From a candidate division FCPU426 bacterium (GTDB taxonomy: Bacteria > Oederibacteriota > Muellerivitia > Muellerivitales > Muellerivitaceae): 64,000 nucleotides of DNA. Of this stretch, positions 45,077 through 55,017 are shown piece after piece. The notes beneath the pieces are model-generated. The model had not been told where the DNA came from, made no database searches, and worked only from the letters and a program-made list of their open reading frames with translations. Numbering within the stretch: position 1 is the stretch's first letter; each line of letters opens with the position of its first letter. The DNA lies in contig CAWHOE010000051.1 of NCBI GenBank assembly GCA_963830915.1, positions 96,001-160,000 of the forward strand, written 5' to 3'. Position numbers and translations under genes: made by a program.

Positions 45077-46957
45077 ATGAAAAAATCAGAACCGTATTTC
45101 AGAGGAAGCGTTTTAGCTGAATTAGTCAGCAGAACGCTCTTTGTTGGAATCCTCATCCTCTTTATCTATGGTGGTTTTGCGTACTTTGTTTCCAATCGAA
45201 CATTTGATACTGAAATGGGAGATAGATTACTTACCATTGCTCATTTGACATCGAGCGAAACTCAAGCGGATTGGCTTCCTTTTTTGGAAGGTAAAGGGGA
45301 ATTATATGAAAAATTTCAATCATTCCTGCGTGATAAAAAAAAAGAAAGTCAGGCTAAAAATATTTTCATCATGGATTCAACCGGCAGGGTCTTGGTTGAT
45401 GCTAATGGGCAATATGAATTCAAGGAAAACAATTGGTTGAAAGACCTGGATTCTGAACCGTTTCTAAAAGCCGTATCAGGTATACCTTCAGCTTCGATTT
45501 TGTTCCCAGAAAGAGATGGAGGGATCTATAAAGTCGGTTATAGCCCGATCTATAAAAAAAACAAGGAGATCATCGGCGTATTAGGTGTTGAGGCAAGCGC
45601 AAAGTATATGGAAGGGTTGAATCAATTCGCTAAGGTGCTTTTCATCTCAGGACTATTTTGTCTTTTGCTTATGGGCGGGTTAAATTACGCATTCGGCAGA
45701 CGGTTTATTTCTCCTATTGAGGAAATGGCGAGGGCGTCTTTTAAGATCGCTGAAGGTGATTTTAGCCAAAGGGTAAGATTTTCCTCCTCCAATGAACTTG
45801 GTGCATTAGCCCATGCATTCAATGAAATGGCGAAAAGGCTTCAAAGTCATAATGAATATATCCTGGAAAGTATGTCAAACGGACTACTTGTTGTTGATTT
45901 AAACGGTTATGTTACCACTTTCAACCGAGCGGCCTCCATCATCCTTGATCTACCACAGGAAAAAGTGATAGGTCAACCTTATGGGACTGTATTTTCTGCT
46001 TATCCCTTTTTCTTAAAAACTATCCGCGCCGCCCTTCTCGAACAACAACAATCAGTCGACAAGGAAGTCAATTTATCTGAAGAATCGCCTAAATTTTTGA
46101 GGCTTCGGAGCGCTCCTTTATTGGGTGCTGAAGGTCAAAAACTAGGAACGGAAATTTTGTTTTCAGATGAAACAGAACTAAGAAAACTCCAAACTCAAAT
46201 AAAGACATCAGAAAAAATGGCGACGATTGGTGAATTGGCAGCTGGTATAGCCCACGAGATTCGGAACCCTTTAGGCGCGATGAAGGGATTCACTGAAATC
46301 CTTGCTCGTAAAATTGATAAAAACATTGAAGCCAAAGAAATTGTTAAGGACATAGCGACTGAAATAGAAATCCTTAACAAAATCGTTACGAACTTTCTTA
46401 TTTTCGCGAAACCAACTATTTTGGATACGCAAGAAGCAGAAATAGGAGAAGTGATCCTAGGAGTATTGCCGCTTGTGGACAACGAAGCACAACAGAAAAA
46501 AATACGGTTAACATTTATAAAAACAAAAGAAATATTGATCCGGTTGGATGTGGAACAATATCGACGCGCGGTTCTTAATTTAACTCTAAACGCCATCCAC
46601 GCATCTCCCGTGAATGGCGAAATCGTTTTAGGGGTTAAGGAATTCAATCGTGCAGAATTAATGAACTATCTAAAAGACAAGGGCTTCCAGGATATCTTTC
46701 CAAATGAGATTGAGTCGAATTGGTGCGGAATTTGGGTAGAGGATGAGGGGTCTGGAATACAAAAGGAAAATCTTAAAAAAATATTCAACCCTTTTTTTAC
46801 AACAAAAACAGAGGGGTTTGGGTTGGGATTGTCGATAACAAAAAAAATATTGGAATCGATGGGTGGGAATATAGCGGTAACAAATAAACCCGACAGGGGC
46901 GCTATATTCTTGATGATCTTACCGATGGTTGGACAACAAAAGGAGGCAAAATCATGA
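45077..46957 (+). CDS. HAMP-PAS sensor histidine kinase (NtrB/NtrY-like)
   Basis: Two TMs, HAMP, PAS, AHEIRNPL, NAIHA, FNPFFTTK and GLGL. Confidence 0.93.
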   Translation: MKKSEPYFRGSVLAELVSRTLFVGILILFIYGGFAYFVSNRTFDTEMGDRLLTIAHLTSSETQADWLPFLEGKGELYEKFQSFLRDKKKESQAKNIFIMDSTGRVLVDANGQYEFKENNWLKDLDSEPFLKAVSGIPSASILFPERDGGIYKVGYSPIYKKNKEIIGVLGVEASAKYMEGLNQFAKVLFISGLFCLLLMGGLNYAFGRRFISPIEEMARASFKIAEGDFSQRVRFSSSNELGALAHAFNEMAKRLQSHNEYILESMSNGLLVVDLNGYVTTFNRAASIILDLPQEKVIGQPYGTVFSAYPFFLKTIRAALLEQQQSVDKEVNLSEESPKFLRLRSAPLLGAEGQKLGTEILFSDETELRKLQTQIKTSEKMATIGELAAGIAHEIRNPLGAMKGFTEILARKIDKNIEAKEIVKDIATEIEILNKIVTNFLIFAKPTILDTQEAEIGEVILGVLPLVDNEAQQKKIRLTFIKTKEILIRLDVEQYRRAVLNLTLNAIHASPVNGEIVLGVKEFNRAELMNYLKDKGFQDIFPNEIESNWCGIWVEDEGSGIQKENLKKIFNPFFTTKTEGFGLGLSITKKILESMGGNIAVTNKPDRGAIFLMILPMVGQQKEAKS

Positions 46958-48348
46958 GCACGATATTGCTGGTGGATGATAAATCAAGCATGCGTAAAGT
47001 GCTGCGTCAAACCTTAGAGAGTGATCAGAATATGATCCTCGAGGCGGAAGATGGTGAAAAAGCGTTGGAAGTCATCAAAAATAAGCATATTGATGTTGTT
47101 ATAACGGACATCAAGATGCCCAAGGTTGATGGAATGACTCTCCTTAAAATGATCAAAGAATTGGATACTGAAATCGTTGTCATCATTATGACGGCTTATG
47201 GAACGATCGAAACAGCTGTCGAGGCGATGAAGCTAGGCGCGTACGATTACATAACCAAACCTTTTTCTACCGAACAGGTAAAACTGACCATAGATAAAGC
47301 CATCGAAAGACAAAAATTATTGTATGAAAATAAGTATTTGAGGGAAAAACTCAACGATCAATACAATTACAAGAGGATCGTTGGTAATAGTTCAAATATG
47401 CAACCAGTTTATGAATTGATAGACAAAGTTGCGCCTACAGACACGGCTGTTTTGGTAAGGGGTGATTCAGGAACTGGGAAAGAATTAGTAGCACATGCGA
47501 TCCATTTTAACAGTCGCAGAAAAGACAAGCCTTTTATCAAGGTGAATTGCGCAGTTCTAGCAGAAGGTGTTCTGGAAAGTGAACTTTTCGGACATGAAAG
47601 AGGTTCTTTTACGGGCGCGGCTGGTAAACGTATAGGTAGGTTCGAGTTGGCCAATGGCGGTTCAATATTTCTGGATGAAATCGGCGATATATCCCTGTCA
47701 ACACAAGTTAAATTGTTACGGGTTTTACAAGAAAAGGAATTCGAAAGAGTTGGAGGGACAGAGAATATAAAAGCGGATGTACGTGTTATAGCCGCGACAA
47801 ATAAAAATCTCGAGGAAGCAATTAAAAAAGGTCAATTCCGCGAGGATCTATTTTTTAGATTGAACGTTGTTCCTATTTTTGTCCCGCCTTTACGAGAAAG
47901 AAAAGAGGACATCGAAAGACTTGCGTTCCATTTTTTGAATCGATACAGCCTGGAAGCGAACAAAAAAATCACACAGATCGATAAACGGGCATTGGAATTG
48001 ATGACCCGATATAATTGGCCTGGAAATGTTAGGGAATTGGAAAACGCGATACAAAGAGCGGTTGTTCTATCTGATTCGGAAACCATTTATCCATCAAATT
48101 TACCGCTCGATATACAAACATTCCAGAAAGATGAATATCTTCATTATTTGAAGGAAGATGCAAGTCTTACCGAAAAGGTCGAGAATTATGAAAAAGAACT
48201 TATTTTAAAGTCCATGGAAAAAGCTAATCATGTTCAAACTAAAGCAGCGAAATTGTTGGATATTAACCGAACGGCTCTAATTTACAAACTGAAAAAATAT
48301 GGGTTGCTTTCTGATGCTACTGGCGAGGGTGACGAAAAAAATACATGA
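46954..48348 (+). CDS. sigma54-dependent response regulator (NtrC/AtoC-like)
   Basis: Receiver domain, GDSGTGKE, ESELFGHERGSFTGA, FLDEIG, WPGNVRE and Fis-type HTH. Confidence 0.95.
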   Translation: MSTILLVDDKSSMRKVLRQTLESDQNMILEAEDGEKALEVIKNKHIDVVITDIKMPKVDGMTLLKMIKELDTEIVVIIMTAYGTIETAVEAMKLGAYDYITKPFSTEQVKLTIDKAIERQKLLYENKYLREKLNDQYNYKRIVGNSSNMQPVYELIDKVAPTDTAVLVRGDSGTGKELVAHAIHFNSRRKDKPFIKVNCAVLAEGVLESELFGHERGSFTGAAGKRIGRFELANGGSIFLDEIGDISLSTQVKLLRVLQEKEFERVGGTENIKADVRVIAATNKNLEEAIKKGQFREDLFFRLNVVPIFVPPLRERKEDIERLAFHFLNRYSLEANKKITQIDKRALELMTRYNWPGNVRELENAIQRAVVLSDSETIYPSNLPLDIQTFQKDEYLHYLKEDASLTEKVENYEKELILKSMEKANHVQTKAAKLLDINRTALIYKLKKYGLLSDATGEGDEKNT

Positions 48349-49322
48349 AAATAGTTTTATATATATCCATATCATTATTATTTTTCACTAATTATTCCAT
48401 TGGGATCGGGAAAAAGCTTGAGCCCTCAACGGAATCTGGACAGATGGAAAATCTCACTGATAAACAATGGGGTTCTGTTTTTAAACAATTTGAGGATTCT
48501 GTCCTTTCTCTCGCGTCAGAATTAGGTCTGCTTATTTCAAAAGAAAAAAACCTTCAGTCTGATATTAAAGAACTTCAAAAGAGAACGAAGGATTTGCGTG
48601 AAAAAACAAAAAATGACACAAATGTATTTGACGAGATCCGTTTAAAGAGCTTGCTTAATGATTTAAAGCAAAAGTTGGAGGAGAATTCTGAGGTCGCCCG
48701 ACAAAAAGATGAACAACAAAAAGCCTTAGAACAAAAAACACTTTCCTTAATCTCTCTTTACAACGACCATATCGAAACATCCTTAAAAGGGCTGAAAGTA
48801 TCTTCAGACTCCACGGTGCTAGACCAACGAATAAATGATCTTGCCCAAACGATTAAAAAAAGAACGGAAATGGAAACTTTATTAAAAAAATATCAACCTC
48901 GAGAATCGATGGATAACATTCCTCCGATTTTATCTATTTCCAGCATAGAAAGGAATGATAAGGAAAGTCTTCAATTAAACCTGGACCTTTACCGAGATAG
49001 AAAAAAAGACATTGAAGATAAGTTGGAAAAATGGACGCTTGAGCAAGACGAGGTTCGTAATGAACTTAAACTCCAAGACAAAATGCAGGAGTTTTTAGAA
49101 AATATCCAAAAAATCAACGAGGATTCTGATTTTCCAAGAGGAAGTATAAAACGAAGTGATCTGGAAGGAGTGGCCGGGAAAAACCAAGGGAATAAACTCA
49201 GCAATCGACTGAACGAATTACAATCAAACATTGACCATGGAAGAATCTTGTTAACCCAGGTCATAAAATTAATTGAAAAAGCTCAAAACCAAATCGCCAA
49301 TATTAACGTGAGGGAAAAATGA
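48345..49322 (+). CDS. exported coiled-coil hypothetical protein
   Basis: N-terminal hydrophobic signal and heptad-rich helices; overlapping start/stop codons with both neighbours. Confidence 0.7.
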   Translation: MKIVLYISISLLFFTNYSIGIGKKLEPSTESGQMENLTDKQWGSVFKQFEDSVLSLASELGLLISKEKNLQSDIKELQKRTKDLREKTKNDTNVFDEIRLKSLLNDLKQKLEENSEVARQKDEQQKALEQKTLSLISLYNDHIETSLKGLKVSSDSTVLDQRINDLAQTIKKRTEMETLLKKYQPRESMDNIPPILSISSIERNDKESLQLNLDLYRDRKKDIEDKLEKWTLEQDEVRNELKLQDKMQEFLENIQKINEDSDFPRGSIKRSDLEGVAGKNQGNKLSNRLNELQSNIDHGRILLTQVIKLIEKAQNQIANINVREK

Positions 49323-50404
49323 GAATTAAAACCGTTCTGATATTAATTATTTACCTCATTGTTTTTATAGATTTTGGTTTTTGTGACGAAGTTACGGATA
49401 ATTCATTCAAAGCTAAAGCGGACTTATTGCCGGCAGAATTGGCTTGTCGTTTCGATGACAATGTTTACAGGTCATCGGAATCTTTTGGAAGAATATCGGA
49501 CATTATTTCTTCATTCGATTTGGGCGGTGAATTGACCACGAACTACGATTTTTTCAAAGCTCAAGTACAATACAGGTTTGGTGATGACCAATATATAACG
49601 CAAAGTTATCTTAATAACATTAAGGACGAATTACTGCTTTCGACAACAGCATTAACAGGAAATATTGTTATTTATTTTGATGCTGATTATTTTATTAAGA
49701 ATAGTTCGGATTACGATTTTGATTACATCGACAACAGCTATTTTGGAGGGATTCAATGGATATTTGACAACGAATGGTCTGTTGAATCCAAAGCAAAATC
49801 GTTCAGCAGACAATACTATGACCATGCACCTTATGTTTGGTCTCGTAATTTTGTTGATATGGGGGGACTCTTAAATATTCAACGGATCATTAATGACCAA
49901 TTAACATTTAAATTAGAAGGTAGTTATAATGATCGTCAACTTAATCGATACGCTGTTGCTTATGGTGGAACAAGTGATCTAACTGTCCTTCAGATGGACA
50001 ATACGTGGAGCGCGTTATTAAATGCCCATATAATTCTTGGTTCGATCCTTCAAGATATAACTTTTGAACACGCAAGAACGGATTCTAATAGTTATAGTTT
50101 TTCAAATATTGTCGATAGTGTTTCTTGGGCAGCAGTATTAAGACCGGCGAATACACTGTTTATTCAGTTGTTCTTTCGACTTTATGAGAAAACTTATGAT
50201 GTTAGCCCAATTACCAATGCGGATCTCCAATATGGTTTTGTCGATGAAGATAGTCAGGACCTGTTATCGGCACAAGCTAGTTGGGATTGGAGTCCTTTAT
50301 GGACCGGAACTTTAGGTATCAGCCGTGTTAGAAATGAATCCACTCAACCAGGAGAATACTATATAAAAAATATCATTTCAGTGAGCGTTACAAAGATATT
50401 TTAA
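49319..50404 (+). CDS. putative outer-membrane beta-barrel protein
   Basis: Signal peptide, amphipathic aromatic-rich strands, C-terminal ...VSVTKIF. Confidence 0.65.
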   Translation: MRIKTVLILIIYLIVFIDFGFCDEVTDNSFKAKADLLPAELACRFDDNVYRSSESFGRISDIISSFDLGGELTTNYDFFKAQVQYRFGDDQYITQSYLNNIKDELLLSTTALTGNIVIYFDADYFIKNSSDYDFDYIDNSYFGGIQWIFDNEWSVESKAKSFSRQYYDHAPYVWSRNFVDMGGLLNIQRIINDQLTFKLEGSYNDRQLNRYAVAYGGTSDLTVLQMDNTWSALLNAHIILGSILQDITFEHARTDSNSYSFSNIVDSVSWAAVLRPANTLFIQLFFRLYEKTYDVSPITNADLQYGFVDEDSQDLLSAQASWDWSPLWTGTLGISRVRNESTQPGEYYIKNIISVSVTKIF

Positions 50405-50514
50405 TAGTCGAATATGTCACCTTATCGACATATCGCTCAGTTTGTAAGAATGACCAATAGAGTTTAGGATTCATTGACAAGGTTCTAACGCGCTTTATAT
50501 GATGAAATTAACTA

Positions 50515-51474
50515 ATGTTTAAGGCGGTTGATGTGAAAAAGCCTGATGATGAATTGAAAATAGATATTTCGGAGCTCTTTGGCGGAGAGCTTTCCAATAC
50601 GCCTGATCCCTCTGAAGAAATCGTTGAAAACGTTGATGGCACTGTTTCAGAAATCGCATTCAGTCAGGTTGAATCTGCGGCCAAAGACGCCCAATATCAG
50701 GAATGGTTACTTAACCGACAAAAGGAAATGGAAATAAAGTCTTTAGAGCTTGGGAAAAAAATACAAGAAGAGCATGCCCAACTTACTGAGGAACAACCTA
50801 ATCAAGAGAACGCTTCAGCGGAAATTGTTTCTGAAGATAAAATCACTGTCCCTGAGATTAGTAACACCGATAAGGGATCTCCAATAGATTTCGATGCACC
50901 AATTGCGCCTCCTTTTATGGGAGGAGTAGTTAATCCTACGCTTGATCAATCCAATACAACAAAAGAATCTAACACAACGGAAGAAACTGGACCTTCGGAA
51001 GACCAAAAGTACGAAGAATTAAAAAAACTCCAATCTGATCATGAGTTTATTTTGTTATATGATGAGTATAGGGCAATCTTATTCCGGGAACTCAACGATT
51101 TAGTCGGTGAAAAAAAGACAAGAACAATGTTGGAACGAACCTTTGAGTTGTCTAGAAGCAAATATCCGGAGATTTTTAGAAATGCCAATTGGGATTCAAA
51201 AGGGAATTTGTTGGATGACGGTTCGTTGGATAGCCAAAGGATGGTAGAAAATAAAAATGCTCTTGATCCTGGAAAATCGGATTTGGCTTTAGATGTGGCA
51301 TTATCTCATTTATTGGGGTTGAGATTGCAAGCAATTGAAAAAGGATTGGGTGCTGGTTTCAAGAATAAAGTGCGTGCTAGGCTTTATTATTGGATCAATG
51401 AAAAAAGTGAAAAAGCGATCAAGGAAGGGAAAGATGCTTTTATCCTAAAAAGGCTTATGGGTTTTATCCCGTAA
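50515..51474 (+). CDS. hypothetical protein (acidic disordered N-terminus, helical C-terminal domain)
   Basis: 319-aa ORF preceded by a ttgaca...tatgat promoter-like sequence; no family recognised. Confidence 0.65.
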   Translation: MFKAVDVKKPDDELKIDISELFGGELSNTPDPSEEIVENVDGTVSEIAFSQVESAAKDAQYQEWLLNRQKEMEIKSLELGKKIQEEHAQLTEEQPNQENASAEIVSEDKITVPEISNTDKGSPIDFDAPIAPPFMGGVVNPTLDQSNTTKESNTTEETGPSEDQKYEELKKLQSDHEFILLYDEYRAILFRELNDLVGEKKTRTMLERTFELSRSKYPEIFRNANWDSKGNLLDDGSLDSQRMVENKNALDPGKSDLALDVALSHLLGLRLQAIEKGLGAGFKNKVRARLYYWINEKSEKAIKEGKDAFILKRLMGFIP

Positions 51475-51643
51475 CCGTTCTGAACGTTTCTTTGACTATG
51501 AATGTAAAGGGAGCAAAAATCTTTTTTGAAATTGTCTTGAAATAAGGGACAATAAGCATCGGTTCATTAATCTCAAGAAACAATGGTCTTAACAATGTCT
51601 TTTTCTTAACCTTAAGTCTTTTTGAAGACCTCATCACATGGTC

Positions 51644-51665
51644 AACCCCAGGATGGGGTTTTTTT
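51644..51665 (+). terminator. terminator-like hairpin just upstream of rph
   Basis: aacccca-gga-tggggtt followed by a T run. Confidence 0.55.
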
Positions 51666-51687
51666 GTTAAAGGAGATATTATTATAA

Positions 51688-52383
51688 ATGAAAAAAATAC
51701 GTAAGATTCTTTTCATCAAGTCATTTACCCGTTATGCAGAGGGTTCGGTACTGGTTTGCATGGGAAACACAAAAGTTCTTTGTAACGCCACTGTTTCGGA
51801 AGATTTACCCTCTTTTTTAAAAGGAAAAGGTCAAGGTTGGGTTACTGCGGAATATTCCATGCTTCCGCGAAGCACAAAGGAAAGGTTTTCAAGGGATTCT
51901 GTCAAGGGTAAGATTAATGGTAGAACACATGAGATTCAAAGACTTATAGGGAGATCCTTGCGATCGATAATGGACTTAAAAAGTTTAGGCGAACGTCAAA
52001 TTATTTTGGATTGCGATGTATTGCAGGCCGATGGTGGAACGAGGACGGCTTCCATTAATGGGGCATATGTAGCATTGGTAGAAGCCATTCGAAAATTAAT
52101 ATTGAATGGAGATCTGTCAAAAAACCCAATTAAAGAACCTCTCGGGGCGGTAAGTGTTGGTTTAGTCAATGGTAAACCTGTTCTGGATCTTTGTTACGAA
52201 CAAGACTCAACTGCGGATGTGGATTTCAATGTTGTCATGACCCGTTCCGGAAAGTATATCGAGGTTCAGGGAACGGCTGAAAAAGCACTCTTTTCGCAAA
52301 AACAATTGGACGGATTATTAAGGTTGGCCAAAATAGGGATCAAACAAGTTATTCAATCGCAGGAAATGGCACTCAAACAATGA
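51688..52383 (+). CDS. rph: ribonuclease PH
   Basis: [27 protein letters not shown] and [11 protein letters not shown] motifs. Confidence 0.96.
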   Translation: MKKIRKILFIKSFTRYAEGSVLVCMGNTKVLCNATVSEDLPSFLKGKGQGWVTAEYSMLPRSTKERFSRDSVKGKINGRTHEIQRLIGRSLRSIMDLKSLGERQIILDCDVLQADGGTRTASINGAYVALVEAIRKLILNGDLSKNPIKEPLGAVSVGLVNGKPVLDLCYEQDSTADVDFNVVMTRSGKYIEVQGTAEKALFSQKQLDGLLRLAKIGIKQVIQSQEMALKQ

Positions 52384-52967
52384 AAAAGATGGTGATTGCC
52401 ACACACAATCGAGATAAATTCGCTGAAATGAAAAAAGCCTTAATTACCGCACCATGGGAATTTATTCCTGCTTTTAGTTTTCCTGGAGTTCCTGATGTGG
52501 TTGAAGATGGAAAAACTCTTGAGGAAAACTCGCTTAAAAAAGCGAGTGAATTATCCAAATTTACAAATTTGCCAACGTTGGCGGATGATACGGGGCTTTT
52601 TGTTGAGGCGTTGTTTGGCGATCCTGGGATATTTGCTGCTCGATATGCGGGAGAAGGAAGTACCTACGAAGAAAATGTTAAAAAACTTTTACGAGTCATG
52701 AATAATGTTCGAGAGGGAACTAGGAACGCAATATTTAGAACGGTGATCACTATTTACTTTCCGGGTAATAATTATAAAAGTGTAGTTGGTGAAGTAAAGG
52801 GTCATATTACTTTATCTCCTAGAGGAGAAAATGGTTTTGGATATGATCCTGTGTTTTGTCCCGAAGGATTTACAAAAGTGTTTTCTGAGATGTCTTTAGA
52901 TGAAAAGAACGAAATCTCTCATAGGGGAAAAGCAATAAAAGCCGTTCTAAAATACCTAAAAGATTGA
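52380..52967 (+). CDS. rdgB: RdgB/HAM1 non-canonical purine NTP pyrophosphatase
   Basis: ATHNRDK, ADDTGL, GFGYDP and KNEISHRG motifs; follows rph. Confidence 0.95.
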   Translation: MKKMVIATHNRDKFAEMKKALITAPWEFIPAFSFPGVPDVVEDGKTLEENSLKKASELSKFTNLPTLADDTGLFVEALFGDPGIFAARYAGEGSTYEENVKKLLRVMNNVREGTRNAIFRTVITIYFPGNNYKSVVGEVKGHITLSPRGENGFGYDPVFCPEGFTKVFSEMSLDEKNEISHRGKAIKAVLKYLKD

Positions 52968-53068
52968 TGGCGGCATCATTAAAAAACAGTTATCTTACGG
53001 TTGCATTTAATGTTAAGAACTTATGAAATTATCGGTTATGTTTTATTGATTTTTTTTGTGCCTTTAGA

Positions 53069-53143
53069 CGGGGCGTAGCGCAGCGGTAGCGCACTTGGTT
53101 TGGGACCAAGGGGCCGTGAGTTCGAATCTCACCGCCCCGACCA
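53069..53143 (+). tRNA. tRNA-Pro (TGG)
   Basis: CGGGGCG acceptor, CTTGG-TT-TGG-GA-CCAAG anticodon arm, GTTCGAATC, CCA end. Confidence 0.95.
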
Positions 53144-53221
53144 AAGGCATAATTGATATATGTTTGTTTATTATCAAATAAAATCGAGTGGGTTTTGTTG
53201 ATTAAAAATGTTAATCATTAT

Positions 53222-53300
<79 letters not shown>

Positions 53301-53327
53301 TTTAAAGGTTTTTAACACTGAAGGCCC

Positions 53328-53362
53328 TAAATAACTTTCTTTAAATAACTTCTAAATAACTT
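53328..53362 (+). repeat. three TAAATAACTT direct repeats, putative integrase arm-type sites
   Basis: Copies at 53328, 53342 and 53353; related copies near attR (63064-63074 inverted, 63080, 63100). Confidence 0.6.
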
Positions 53363-53466
53363 AAAATGTTAAATGTTAGGTATTTTCACAGTTTCGGATA
53401 GTGAACCTAATGGAATCATTCCTATTGTTTATAAGTAGATATCTGATTATTTTTCGGAGGCATTTG

Positions 53467-53703
53467 ATGGTTTGTAAACATTTGAAAATAGAACGTCCGA
53501 TTCAGATTATTGGTCTTGAAAATCAAGCCGAAACTTTTATTAATGCGTCCTGTTTGATAAAAAAAATAGGTCAAGTTTCAATGGTAGAAATTTACGATTG
53601 GCATAAATCAGTCGGAATAGAGAAAGGGGATATTTCGTCAAATTGTCCCTTCTATCCAAATGGGGATTATTTAACTTGTAAGTGGTACGAGAAGAATGAA
53701 TAA
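53467..53703 (+). CDS. small Cys-containing hypothetical cargo protein
   Basis: CGGAGG SD then MVCKHLKIER...CLIKK...CPFY...CKWYEKNE. Confidence 0.5.
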   Translation: MVCKHLKIERPIQIIGLENQAETFINASCLIKKIGQVSMVEIYDWHKSVGIEKGDISSNCPFYPNGDYLTCKWYEKNE

Positions 53704-53739
53704 AAAGGAATCTTACAACATTTATTATAAGGATCAGAA

Positions 53740-54279
53740 ATGGAATTAAGAGATTGGTTAACAATCATTGCTCTGATTTTGGGGCCGATCCTCGCTGTCC
53801 AAATTACTGAATTATTGGCGAGGCGTAAGGAGTCCAAACAAAAGAAATTAGATTTGTTTCAAAAGTTAATGTCAACACGTGCCACGCGTTTAAGCCCGAT
53901 CCATGTTGAAGCCCTTAACATGATTGACTTAACTTTTTACGGAGAGAAGCCAGTCATTGAGGCTTGGAGAATGTATTTAGATCATTTGGGAACAGATTCT
54001 ACAACGGAAGGCTGGAATCAAAGAGTTTTGGATTTGTTAAATGACCTTCTTTTTAAAATGTCAAAATCTGTTGGTTATGATATTGACATGCTTACGATTA
54101 AAAATGTTTGTTATACCCCAGTGGCTCATAGCCAAATGGAAAAAGAATGGAATGAAATAAGGAAAACAATATTATTAGTTCTGCAAAAGGTGGGGACAAA
54201 AATTAATTTAGATGAAATGAAAATAATACCTAAAACAGAAGATGAGAAGCCAAAGATCGAAGAAGTGAAACAAAAATAG
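53740..54279 (+). CDS. membrane-anchored cargo protein, DUF6680-like
   Basis: N-terminal TM (IIALILGPILAV) then LFQKLMSTRA..LS..HVEALNMIDLTF; family recalled from memory only. Confidence 0.6.
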   Translation: MELRDWLTIIALILGPILAVQITELLARRKESKQKKLDLFQKLMSTRATRLSPIHVEALNMIDLTFYGEKPVIEAWRMYLDHLGTDSTTEGWNQRVLDLLNDLLFKMSKSVGYDIDMLTIKNVCYTPVAHSQMEKEWNEIRKTILLVLQKVGTKINLDEMKIIPKTEDEKPKIEEVKQK

Positions 54280-54332
54280 GTTAACTTTCAATACTGGGTA
54301 GAGTTGTACGGAGCTTTTTGTGAGGTGAATAA

Positions 54333-54758
54333 ATGCCCCTGACGACAGCAGCAACATTGGCAATGAGTGCAGTTGATAAGAGTATTACGACACTAAAAAC
54401 GCTTCGTGATATTGATATGAAAATGCAAGCTGCCGAATATAAAGATACTCTTGCAGACCTTTTATCAGACATGGCAGAACTTAAATTGCGATTGATTGAT
54501 TTAAAAGAGGAAAATTTAAAACTACAAAAAATCATAGATGGCCAAGACCAAAAGTCTGAACTTAGAAAAAAATTCGTGTTAGATAAGACGGTTTATGGGC
54601 TTAAAGAAGAAGTATATGGATTCAAACCTGGAAGGTATTGTCCCCATTGTTTTGAACCAAATGGCGATATGCGGATATTGGTGACGAATTCATATGGAGG
54701 GCAATACTGTAATTCTTGTGAAGGGAATTTTGACGCATCGCATAACTGGCCAAATTAA
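54333..54758 (+). CDS. coiled-coil plus zinc-ribbon cargo protein
   Basis: N-terminal coiled coil; YCPHC...YCNSC. Confidence 0.65.
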   Translation: MPLTTAATLAMSAVDKSITTLKTLRDIDMKMQAAEYKDTLADLLSDMAELKLRLIDLKEENLKLQKIIDGQDQKSELRKKFVLDKTVYGLKEEVYGFKPGRYCPHCFEPNGDMRILVTNSYGGQYCNSCEGNFDASHNWPN

Positions 54759-54760
54759 AT

Positions 54761-55008
54761 AACCGCCCCTGACTACCGGATTTGATGCGGTATCAAGGGC
54801 GGTTAATGTCATGGCCGGTCTCGTCCAAAAGCCCGGTCTGACAATGGGAGTTGATGACAAACTCCCTGAATGATAAAAACCCCCTCACGCTTGGGTGACA
54901 GCCAAGCGCAAGGGGTAAAGTCGCAAACGGGTGAAAAGTCCGTGCGACTTAACGCAAAGGGGAAGATCTTTGCGGTGGTATCCAAGGGGAAGATCGACCC
55001 TGGGCCAC
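54761..55008 (-). ncRNA. candidate structured RNA: array of six closely spaced hairpins
   Basis: Stems at 54761-54805, 54846-54866, 54881-54915, 54918-54950, 54953-54974 and 54975-55008; five have related loops; strand is uncertain. Confidence 0.4.
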
Positions 55009-55017
55009 AGAATTCAA

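Noticed and set aside
43150..53060. Visibly more AT-rich stretch as a genomic island
   Set aside because: It contains housekeeping genes (uvrC, rph, rdgB) and has no boundary repeats or mobility genes; GC content was not computed
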